Positions 1-8,370 of a stretch of DNA of 24,976 nucleotides are shown piece after piece (the first letter of the stretch is position 1; each line of letters opens with the position of its first letter). The DNA lies in contig JBHLME010000062.1 in assembly GCA_048938445.1 (NCBI GenBank), positions 1 through 24,976 of the forward strand, read 5' to 3'. The DNA comes from Promethearchaeota archaeon. GTDB taxonomy: Archaea > Asgardarchaeota > Lokiarchaeia > Sigyniarchaeales > SOKP01. Below the pieces are notes generated by a model that had not been told where the DNA came from, searched no databases, and was given only the letters and a program-made list of their open reading frames with translations. The translations under genes were made by a program, and so were the position numbers.

Positions 1-384
1 GTAGTTATCTAATTTAATTGAATTATCCATACACCATTTGTATGCAAATAAAGCAATTAAAAATAAATTTGCAAAGAAACAAAAAAAATAAAATAAAAAA
101 ACTATTCCTGTAAAAATTATGAGCACAGGTATAGTTAATAAAATTGCAATGATAATAGTAATGACTCCCATATTATCAATTGGTTTGAAAATTGAAAAGA
201 TCATTAATACAAAAATAAAACCAGCAAATATCCCACTAAAAACTAGTACAAAACTCTTAAAAAAATCATTAGGAAATAATGTAATGCTTAATATAACTAA
301 AAACCACGATAAAATGAATAGAAGTAATATAATGGTTAATAATGGCTTTTTAAATAATTGTTTCAATCCTGAAATAAATCTCAT
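1..384 (-). CDS. Multi-pass membrane protein, partial (runs off the window start); tandem paralog of 386..1441
   Basis: Not in the ORF track. ATG at 384 opens a stop-free frame to position 1: MRFISGLKQLFKKPLLTIILLLFILSWF...IFSIFKPIDNMGVITIIIAILLTIPVL...ALFAYKWCMDNSIKLDNY. This aligns by eye with MRFIEGLKDLFKKK...IFSFFIPIEDMKVITIISSIIIAIPV...AFFALKFCIDSSIKTDDY. One base separates it from the upstream stop codon. Confidence 0.9.
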   Translation of the reverse strand, partial: MRFISGLKQLFKKPLLTIILLLFILSWFLVILSITLFPNDFFKSFVLVFSGIFAGFIFVLMIFSIFKPIDNMGVITIIIAILLTIPVLIIFTGIVFLFYFFCFFANLFLIALFAYKWCMDNSIKLDNY

Positions 385-385
385 T

Positions 386-1441
386 TTATTCCTTTCCAGT
401 TTTGTATTTAAAAATGTAATATATTCCTATAATTATAGTAAAGATTATAAAAAAACAAATAAGCGAAAACGCTTGAATAAAGATTTGTCTTGCTAGCTGT
501 TCTAATGTCAATCTAAGTTGTATTTCTTGTGTTATTTTATTAATTTGTACAATTAATTTCATAATTATAACAAATAATCCGATTGAATCAATATTAGTAA
601 TTTTCAACTTTTCTTGGATATAGTCTATTCTTTCGTAAATAGAACCTATAATATATAAAAATAATAAAAAATCAATAATAAAAGATAAGACATCATAAAC
701 TTGATAATCTCGATAAAACCAACCAAACCATACATCAAATACTATATAGACTATGTATAAAAAGGTTAGAAAATAAAACATTGATATGTAGGCAGCAAAT
801 TTCTTAGTAAAAATTAATTTAATAATAGTTATACTAATTAAGAATATACTAATCCAGAACAAAATGATACTTGACCAGTAAAAAATAGTCCAAAATAAAA
901 TAATAAATTTATCTATATCGACTTTAGTTATTTGGTCAATAAACCTTAAAAGGAATCTGACTGACAAAATACTAATGATAATTGTCAAAAGAAAAAATAA
1001 AATAAATTCTAAAGGGCGTGTTATTTTTGACGCCTTTTTCTTATTTAAATAGTCATCTGTTTTAATTGATGAATCTATGCAGAATTTTAAGGCAAAAAAA
1101 GCTGTTATAAACTGATTAATAAAAATAAATACTGTAGAAATAAAAGGTATTATATCAAAATAGAAAAAAATAAGTATCACTGGAATAGCAATTATTATAG
1201 AACTAATTATTGTGATTACTTTCATATCCTCTATAGGAATGAAGAATGAAAAAATTAATAGAACAATTGTATATATAGTAAATGAAGTCATCAATAAAAT
1301 TACAATTAAACTATAAATAAAGTTGGTTTTGACAATTGAATAGTTAATAAAGAACAAAATCATTAAAATGATAAAAATTATAAAAATAACTACAAATATT
1401 TTTTTTTTAAATAAATCCTTTAGACCTTCAATAAATCTCAT
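386..1441 (-). CDS. Multi-pass membrane protein of unknown function (about 9-10 hydrophobic segments)
   Basis: 351-aa ORF rich in I/F/L with repeated hydrophobic stretches. A paralog lies immediately downstream. Confidence 0.85.
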   Translation of the reverse strand: MRFIEGLKDLFKKKIFVVIFIIFIILMILFFINYSIVKTNFIYSLIVILLMTSFTIYTIVLLIFSFFIPIEDMKVITIISSIIIAIPVILIFFYFDIIPFISTVFIFINQFITAFFALKFCIDSSIKTDDYLNKKKASKITRPLEFILFFLLTIIISILSVRFLLRFIDQITKVDIDKFIILFWTIFYWSSIILFWISIFLISITIIKLIFTKKFAAYISMFYFLTFLYIVYIVFDVWFGWFYRDYQVYDVLSFIIDFLLFLYIIGSIYERIDYIQEKLKITNIDSIGLFVIIMKLIVQINKITQEIQLRLTLEQLARQIFIQAFSLICFFIIFTIIIGIYYIFKYKTGKE

Positions 1442-1522
1442 ATATATCTTTAGATAAAAGTAATTAAAAAAATTAAGATATAATGTTATTTAACTGATTT
1501 GTTTTTTTGAAATTGTTTCCAT

Positions 1523-2281
1523 TTATTTGTAAGATTCTATAAACTCTTGAATAGTTTTAAAGTATAGGTCTCGTTTATATGAAGAAATATTATTATGACC
1601 TGCTCCTTCAATTAATACGATTTTTTTTTCAACATTTTCTTGAATGGCATTATAAATTAAATTAGCTTCCTCATGAGGAATAATATTATCTGCTGTTCCA
1701 TGAATAATGAGAATTGGCTTTAAGATTTTTTGCATTCTAATATCATTGGAAAATTCTTTTACAGATTCAGGGGTAATTTTAGAACTGCTTACACCAAATA
1801 GCTTGGTCATTATATTATAAATACTTCCGAATCCACTTTCAAATATTATTCCATTTACTCTTTCAGGATTATGGGCTCCAATTTCTGAAGCGCAAACGCT
1901 TCCAAGTGATCGACCTTTTATAAATATAGAACTATTTAATCCATAATTATCAGCCCACTCCAAAAAGCTTTCGAAGATAGGCATAGCATCACTGATCAAA
2001 CAAGTATAATATGGCTCTCCGGAACTAAATCCATAACCTCGATAATCGATCACCGCCAAATTTGCGCCCATTTCAAAATAAAAGTTCGCAAAATTAATAT
2101 ATTCTAGAGCAATTTCACCATTACCATGAAATAATAAGATAGTGGGTAAATTTTTGCTTTTTAAGAATAAAAAACCCCCAATCTTAATATCAGGATTAAT
2201 TTGAAATTTTAATATTTCAATTTCAGGTATTTTTCTTGGATAAAAAACTACATTAGATACAAGAGGATTGTCAATGAACAC
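1523..2281 (-). CDS. Alpha/beta hydrolase (ABHD13/17, BEM46-like)
   Basis: Motifs FHGNGE, DYRGYGFSSG, nucleophile elbow GRSLG, IHGTAD (Asp) and GAGHN (His). Confidence 0.9.
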   Translation of the reverse strand: MFIDNPLVSNVVFYPRKIPEIEILKFQINPDIKIGGFLFLKSKNLPTILLFHGNGEIALEYINFANFYFEMGANLAVIDYRGYGFSSGEPYYTCLISDAMPIFESFLEWADNYGLNSSIFIKGRSLGSVCASEIGAHNPERVNGIIFESGFGSIYNIMTKLFGVSSSKITPESVKEFSNDIRMQKILKPILIIHGTADNIIPHEEANLIYNAIQENVEKKIVLIEGAGHNNISSYKRDLYFKTIQEFIESYK

Positions 2282-2348
2282 AAATTATCACTTCATTAAT
2301 GATTATTTTAAACCTTTCAATGGTCAAAATAAGAAAAAAAATCATTTT

Positions 2349-2990
2349 TTAATTATGACAAATATCATACAGTTCTTTGTAAATGCTACTAAGTCTCGAA
2401 ATAACTGAATAATCATTTACATTTAATGCATTAGTTATATATGCTTGAAGACCCGTTGGAATTTTTATCCATTGTAAGAAACCCTCAATTTCAGCTTTAA
2501 GACCTGGATCGACTTGGGGAATTTGGACCGTATAACTCATTGTAGGATTATTATTTGTGGAAGAATTTCTAGGAACTTCCATTTTAGGTTCAAAAGAAGC
2601 CTCAAAAGAGCTATCTTGTATCATTGCAGCAGCTCTTGCAACAGAAGGATATGCATAATGGTACCAACCCTTTGCTTTAGGTTTTACATGAGCTAATACA
2701 TAAATATTTTTATCTGGAGTCGTCGCTCCAATGAGATGTCCTTTTTTATGACGGTTTGTAGCAACTAATCTATCTGGTGTTTGTTGAAGTAAGGAATATT
2801 TAATTCCATTAACAGTAACAGAAGCACCACGACCACTTCGCCATGAAGCAATTAGGGTCTTTAAATCGCTACTAATATTAAATTCTTTAGTATAAAATAA
2901 GCTTTTACCATTGTAATTAAAAATTATAACTTGATCGGCATCTGGATAATGCTTTTGAAGTTTTTGCACTATAGATTTATATTTTGTCAT
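2349..2990 (-). CDS. Profilin-like domain protein with a C-terminal extension
   Basis: The N-terminal ~125 aa (IIFNYNGKSLFYTKEFNISSDL...SVTVNGIKYSLLQQTPDRLVATNRHKKGHLIG) resemble the Lokiarchaeal profilin pattern as I recall it (GIKY...T.ER...TN...KGH). An S/T/N/P-rich linker and a ~55-aa probably helical tail follow. Confidence 0.7.
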   Translation of the reverse strand: MTKYKSIVQKLQKHYPDADQVIIFNYNGKSLFYTKEFNISSDLKTLIASWRSGRGASVTVNGIKYSLLQQTPDRLVATNRHKKGHLIGATTPDKNIYVLAHVKPKAKGWYHYAYPSVARAAAMIQDSSFEASFEPKMEVPRNSSTNNNPTMSYTVQIPQVDPGLKAEIEGFLQWIKIPTGLQAYITNALNVNDYSVISRLSSIYKELYDICHN

Positions 2991-3150
2991 ATTAAAAAAA
3001 TTATAGTGTTTATATTATTATATGATACAGTTAACCTTAATTCACTTAATGTATCTATTTCATTATAAATGTATATACTTAAAAAAATAAAATATTTATA
3101 AAAATAATCTAAAAATTACCATATCAATTGTATAATGTTCACGATTTCGT

Positions 3151-3519
3151 TTATTCTTCAGTTTTAAAATCATTTATAACCTCAATTTCCTTCTTGGAAT
3201 TAATTACAATTGCGGTAATTTTTACTGGAGCATCTTCATCATCAATATCTTGCTCGGGGTCAAACATTAGAAAATAAAACTTTTTTTCCTCAGATTCATA
3301 ACCAACTTCCATTTCACCACAATCTTCTGGTAAAATTGATATTAAATCATCGTCAGCATTAGATAAAACGATTGAATAAATACTATCTTCAATTATCCTC
3401 TGTTTTTTTCTAATTTCTTTAATTGTATCAAAGTCAAAATCCCCAAATGAGGATGCTACTTTATTATTTAGGTCATTCCATTCTATAAATAAATCTTCAA
3501 TTTTTTTATCTTTACTCAT
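3151..3519 (-). CDS. Small acidic hypothetical protein
   Basis: The ORF track gives 3151..3618. ATG at 3519 (MSKDKKIEDLF..., 122 aa, D/E-rich) is more plausible and leaves room for a divergent promoter region. Confidence 0.7.
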   Translation of the reverse strand: MSKDKKIEDLFIEWNDLNNKVASSFGDFDFDTIKEIRKKQRIIEDSIYSIVLSNADDDLISILPEDCGEMEVGYESEEKKFYFLMFDPEQDIDDEDAPVKITAIVINSKKEIEVINDFKTEE

Positions 3520-3657
3520 ATAGTTCAAAATCTCATCAATGAATTTAAACTTTTTATTATAACCCAAATAATTCGAAGAACTCACCAAAGAATTATTCTT
3601 AAATTTGAATATAATCAAATATTATATAATTAAATTAGATTGAATAGAGATAGTTCA

Positions 3658-4233
3658 ATGGATATAAAGCTAATAAAACCTAAACATGTAGGCACTATTA
3701 GTATTGAACAATGCATATACATGCGTAAAAGTGTAAGAGCTTTTACAGATAATAGAATTGAAATCGAAAAAATTTCACAAATATTATGGGCTGCTCAAGG
3801 TAAATCGAAACATCGAAGAACTGTACCTTCCGCAGGTGGAACTTATCCTTTAGAAATATTTATAATTCTTAAAAATCAAGGGTTATATCACTATAATTTC
3901 TTGAAAAATCTTTTAATACTTAAAATCCAAGGAGATCTAAATGAGAAACTAGCTCAAGCATCTTTAAATCAAATGTTTATTAGAGATGCGCCTTTAAATT
4001 TAATTATATGTGTCGATTATTCTAGAACTACAAATCGATATGGAAAAAGGGGTAAAAGGTACGTGTTAATTGAAGTTGGCCATTGTGCTCAAAATATTCA
4101 TTTACAATGCATAGCTATGGGTTTAGAATCAGTCCCTATTGGAGCATTTAAAGACGAACAAGTTAAATTATTATTAAACCTTCCACACAACCTTGATCCT
4201 ATTTATATAATCCCAATTGGATATAAAAAATAA
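3658..4233 (+). CDS. SagB/ThcOx-family nitroreductase-like FMN oxidoreductase
   Basis: Motifs RKSVRAF, LWAAQG, RTVPSAGGTYPLEI, EVGHCAQNIHL and PIGAF. ATG at 3658 is preferred over TTG at 3640. Confidence 0.9.
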   Translation: MDIKLIKPKHVGTISIEQCIYMRKSVRAFTDNRIEIEKISQILWAAQGKSKHRRTVPSAGGTYPLEIFIILKNQGLYHYNFLKNLLILKIQGDLNEKLAQASLNQMFIRDAPLNLIICVDYSRTTNRYGKRGKRYVLIEVGHCAQNIHLQCIAMGLESVPIGAFKDEQVKLLLNLPHNLDPIYIIPIGYKK

Positions 4234-4247
4234 GACTTGAGAAAAAA

Positions 4248-4985
4248 GTGAATGATATAGGAGAAAATTTTAAGAGAGTTAAAGAATCTATTGATTTTGA
4301 TGAAATAAATGATTTTTTAATAGAACTAATAAATAAACCTGATATTAATAACCTCAAATACTTAGATTATTTCTTAGAAAATTACCAATCAGATATCCTT
4401 GACAAAATCATGATAAATATCATTTATTTAATAGGTCAAATTGGATGCATTGAAAATATAGATGCAAAATATCAGGAATTTTTATTAGAGGAATATTTCA
4501 AATCAGATAGATGGATAAGAAATGAAATATTAAAATCACTTGATTTGATTTCTAATAAAAATTATTTATCTAAAGAATTAACTCAAATTCTTGAATATTC
4601 TTTATTAGATGATTACAATCCAATTAAAATCAGTTCTCTTTCACTCTTACTTAAATTTGATTCATTGTCAAACAGCATTAGCAAGAATTTATTAAAATTA
4701 TCAAATTTTTTAGATTCTAATTTGATTGATATTTATACGAAAGTACTTAGAAAATTTTTTATTAATGAAGATCAAATTTTTCAATTATTAAATAAAGATG
4801 AGACTTACAAGACTTTAAATAAAAATTCTATAAGGACCTTACTAATTACTTTTTTTAAATCCATACTTGATTTGGAGAGTTTTAGAGATTTAATCTCGAA
4901 TGCGAAATGGGAAATAAAGTATAAAGAAAATTTCTTGAAAGAAATTTATACATTTGAAAAAATTTTGATGAAAAAAATATATTAA
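4248..4985 (+). CDS. HEAT/ARM-like alpha-helical repeat protein
   Basis: HEAT-like segments NIIYLIGQIG, SDRWIRNEILKSL and LLDDYNPIKISSLSLL. It starts 14 nt after the nitroreductase stop and shares a TTAA with the stop of the convergent ATPase gene. Confidence 0.6.
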   Translation: MNDIGENFKRVKESIDFDEINDFLIELINKPDINNLKYLDYFLENYQSDILDKIMINIIYLIGQIGCIENIDAKYQEFLLEEYFKSDRWIRNEILKSLDLISNKNYLSKELTQILEYSLLDDYNPIKISSLSLLLKFDSLSNSISKNLLKLSNFLDSNLIDIYTKVLRKFFINEDQIFQLLNKDETYKTLNKNSIRTLLITFFKSILDLESFRDLISNAKWEIKYKENFLKEIYTFEKILMKKIY

Positions 4986-6217
4986 ACATAAAAATTATTC
5001 AAGATTTCATTTAAGTCTTCATCAGAGTAAATTATCAAATTAAAGATTTTTATTAAGTTTTTTATAATCTCTCTAGGATTACCTTTCGTTGCCATGTAAA
5101 TATTACTCAAAATTTTTTCATTTAATGGGAACAATTCTTTTGGATTATCCTCTAAGAATTCCAAAAAATGTATTTTTTCTAAGTAAGACTTCATATTTTT
5201 TCTGTAAAACTGAAATAAATCATATTCATTAAAATTATTGATAGTTATTGGTTCAATAAAGCTTGATAATAAATCTGGATTTTTTTCTTGTATGATTTTT
5301 TTAATATCATCTAAACTTTCTTCTGATTTGAGAGTGATGATGACTTTAAGACCATTTATATGTAGCAATTTTAAAATTTTATCGAGAATTTTTTGAGCTT
5401 TTATTTTTTCAGGGGGACTTTCATCGTTTCCATAGAGCCAACTTGAGGAATAAATATTATTTTCATCAGATTCAACCTCATCATCAAAACTTTTCATTAA
5501 TCCTATTAATCGTTCAAAATCATCGATATATAAAACACTACCTAATTTTGAATTTTCAATTATTATTTTAAGTAAAGTAAATGCATATTGATTTTTTTTT
5601 AAATCATTGCTTAAATTCAAGCGAGATAAATTTTTATAATCCATCAATTCTCCAAGTAACCAGTTTTCTGCTTCGATTTTCTTGTATGGATCCAATTGGT
5701 GTGTGACAATCACACTTATAACCTCTTTTAATACATCATTATTTTCAAAATTATTATTAAGGTTGGAATATCCATGTTCCTTGACTTTTTCAATATCTGC
5801 AACATGGAAAAAACCAAATTTTTTTTCTTGCGCGCCCCATTTATTACAAAGTTCATTCGTTATACTCCTCAGAACCTTAACACCCATTTCTTCCAAAAAC
5901 TCTGAATAAATGTTATAATAGAATTTTCTATATACATTTTCTAAAGAAATATATACGGTATTATAATAATAGAGCTTTTTCTTGATACTCCAAAATAGAT
6001 GAGTCTTTCCGACTCCAACACTAGCAATTATTGGTAAAATAAAATTTTGTTTATGGTTTTCAGTCAGTTTAACAATTGATTGTAAAGTATCCTTTCTAGA
6101 ACTAACTACTCCTACTTTTTCCTCTATTTCTCCTGTAGAAACAAAATTTTTAAAAGGATTTAGTCCAATTTTTAGGTAGTTTAATAATTTTATTTTTTTA
6201 TTTTCATATAGCAGCAT
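4982..6217 (-). CDS. P-loop NTPase (AAA+-like), function unknown
   Basis: Walker A ASVGVGKT, Walker B LYIDDFE, lid-like ATKGNPREII and N-terminal NPF motif. Confidence 0.8.
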   Translation of the reverse strand: MLLYENKKIKLLNYLKIGLNPFKNFVSTGEIEEKVGVVSSRKDTLQSIVKLTENHKQNFILPIIASVGVGKTHLFWSIKKKLYYYNTVYISLENVYRKFYYNIYSEFLEEMGVKVLRSITNELCNKWGAQEKKFGFFHVADIEKVKEHGYSNLNNNFENNDVLKEVISVIVTHQLDPYKKIEAENWLLGELMDYKNLSRLNLSNDLKKNQYAFTLLKIIIENSKLGSVLYIDDFERLIGLMKSFDDEVESDENNIYSSSWLYGNDESPPEKIKAQKILDKILKLLHINGLKVIITLKSEESLDDIKKIIQEKNPDLLSSFIEPITINNFNEYDLFQFYRKNMKSYLEKIHFLEFLEDNPKELFPLNEKILSNIYMATKGNPREIIKNLIKIFNLIIYSDEDLNEILNNFYV

Positions 6218-6234
6218 TGGTATTCAAAAATAAT

Positions 6235-6870
6235 TTATTTTATTGATTCACTTAATTCTTCAATACCTAATATAATAACATATTCTAAAACCTTGTCTTG
6301 AACATTAACAAGTGGCTCATATGACACGGATAATTCTTCATTTTTTCCCCGTCCAATAATCAAGCAATCGTAAAAAACAGGATTCCCTCTTTCATCAATA
6401 ACAACACGATCAGCAATACATATTCCATTAAGAATTGCAGCAACAGGATTTTTTAAGATTTCTCCCTTAAAAAAATCCAAGTGGTTGATAATATAAGGAT
6501 GATGGTTCAAATATAATCCTGCTGTATGAAGTAAATTTATCGTAAATGGGAACGCTTCGGAGAATTGTCCTTCATCATATTGAGTCATTATATCATCAGA
6601 GATGCGAATAATATATTCAAAATCATTTAGATTGAATATCTTACTTTTTATTTTTTTTGAAAAAGCTGTCATTTTTTGGCCATTTAGATTAAATCCTGTA
6701 ATCATTGCATCCTTAAAGCTTACATTGTCATCTTTTATTGAAATATTGTCGGAAAAAATAATTTTATTAGGGCGACTATCGAGAATTGAAATAATTGAAC
6801 CACTAAAATCTTCCTTGATTACAATATTGTTTAATTTGTCATATAATACAATATCTTTATCTAGTAGCAT
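6235..6870 (-). CDS. Hypothetical protein, probably co-transcribed with the NTPase
   Basis: 211-aa ORF with an ATG start and a 17-nt gap to the NTPase gene. No motif recognised. Confidence 0.75.
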   Translation of the reverse strand: MLLDKDIVLYDKLNNIVIKEDFSGSIISILDSRPNKIIFSDNISIKDDNVSFKDAMITGFNLNGQKMTAFSKKIKSKIFNLNDFEYIIRISDDIMTQYDEGQFSEAFPFTINLLHTAGLYLNHHPYIINHLDFFKGEILKNPVAAILNGICIADRVVIDERGNPVFYDCLIIGRGKNEELSVSYEPLVNVQDKVLEYVIILGIEELSESIK

Positions 6871-7125
6871 GTCTATAAATTATGATATTCTGTGGATAAT
6901 TTAATGTTTACCATCTTCATGTATATTACATTAAATTCATAAATAAAAATGCGATCTAAAAATAAAATCTATATCAAGTAATTCTGGATTAGAATCATTG
7001 TTATATTAAGTTCTTTTTAGTATTTTTTTCAATTAAAATTAGATTTAAAAGTTATTTGACCAATGTTTATATATCATTACTTGCATACTTTATTTAACCT
7101 ATATCAAGAAGAGTTCTATATAGTT

Positions 7126-8370
7126 ATGGGACAATCCAAATTCTCAAGTACTTTATTAAACCTTTCTAAAAGCGATTTATTAAAGAGAGCTGAGGAGTTC
7201 ATTTTTTCAACTGGAATAAATGATGGTGCTTCTAAATTATGTAAAGCAAACATGAAATATGGTCTAGCACAATTTCATCTCATTCAAGAAAAATATGGAT
7301 TTGAACCAAAAGCAATGTTTATTAGCTCTCCAGATGAGACTATTTCTAGAAATTTAATACGTTGGGAATCAGGATTAGGATATGGAGGAAGGATTAGTTG
7401 GGGAAATGGTAATCAAAAAATCATATTTCTTAATACTAAACCTAATCAATGTGGAATATTAGCTGGTGGATTAGAAGAACCTCCAGACCCATATGATCTT
7501 ATAAAAAAAATAGATGAGATAAAGAATATCGAACTTTATTATGATCAGATTAAACTCAAATGGGATTATGGGATAAGTAATCACTTTATTAACTGTTTTA
7601 AAACATATAATCTCTCAGATATCGACCTTCCACCTTATTTATTCTTCATTCATGGAAGTGCTCCTGAACTTCGTGATGACACTTATGGTATTGGTTTCTA
7701 TTTTGATAAATCAAAAACTCTGAAGGAACGTGCAATTGAAGAAGAAACTATATTTGGCAAACAATATATTTTGTTAGATGACGACGCAACCGAATTTCTT
7801 AACTATACTGATAGAGCTCTTGAATTTTCAATGGTTAAGCGAGAAATGATCGCAGAACACTTATTTGGTAAAAATATCGAAGTAATATGTAATCAACCCC
7901 ACCAATTTTTAAAGGATTACAACAATATGTATTTGGGCTCCAATTGCACTGATATCTCATCAGATAAAATAAAAAATAATATATTCCCAATAACTCTAAG
8001 GGCAGATCTTTCAGCTTATTTATTTAAAGGGAAAAAAAATTTATCTGAAATAACGATCAAAAACTTAAGATTCTTGGAAAGAGCAAATAAATTAAATCTA
8101 TTAGATACATTATTAAATGCAGATATCTTACCCCACGGGGGGGGATATAAATTTCCAGATATAAAAGATATTCATCAAATCTTAGAGTACAAATATCAAA
8201 AATATTTTTCTTGCTCAATGATGTTAGATACTACTCGATATAAAATAATCAGAGATCCGAGTCAAATAGAATACGAATATAGAGGGAGAGAAGTTGTATT
8301 GAAAACCCTTCAATTAGATTTGGGAGAAAATCTTGCTAGATTAAATCCTATTTTTTCATTAAAGCTATAA
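7126..8370 (+). CDS. Divergent RtcB-like RNA ligase / nucleotidyltransferase
   Basis: Motifs occur in RtcB order: SPD (MPD), GLGYGG (GFPIGG), PNQCG (DINCG), GISNHFIN (GSGNHFLE), IHGSA (IHTGSRG), PHQ (AHN), PHGGG (CHGAGR) and C-terminal ARLNPIFSLKL (ARLRP...KG). Start is ATG 7126 (MGQSK) or 7063. Confidence 0.65.
   Translation: MGQSKFSSTLLNLSKSDLLKRAEEFIFSTGINDGASKLCKANMKYGLAQFHLIQEKYGFEPKAMFISSPDETISRNLIRWESGLGYGGRISWGNGNQKIIFLNTKPNQCGILAGGLEEPPDPYDLIKKIDEIKNIELYYDQIKLKWDYGISNHFINCFKTYNLSDIDLPPYLFFIHGSAPELRDDTYGIGFYFDKSKTLKERAIEEETIFGKQYILLDDDATEFLNYTDRALEFSMVKREMIAEHLFGKNIEVICNQPHQFLKDYNNMYLGSNCTDISSDKIKNNIFPITLRADLSAYLFKGKKNLSEITIKNLRFLERANKLNLLDTLLNADILPHGGGYKFPDIKDIHQILEYKYQKYFSCSMMLDTTRYKIIRDPSQIEYEYRGREVVLKTLQLDLGENLARLNPIFSLKL

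Noticed and set aside
119-496. 125-aa plus-strand ORF in the track
   Set aside because: It is the antisense shadow of the real minus-strand membrane gene at 1..384. Its K/N/I-rich composition mirrors F/I/L codons on the other strand.
3658-4233. SagB/ThcOx gene as part of a RiPP (thiazole/oxazole) cluster
   Set aside because: No YcaO, precursor peptide or exporter is nearby. Stand-alone copies are common in archaea.
4982-4985. Convergent genes sharing one TTAA for both stop codons
   Set aside because: This is a common compaction feature of AT-rich genomes.
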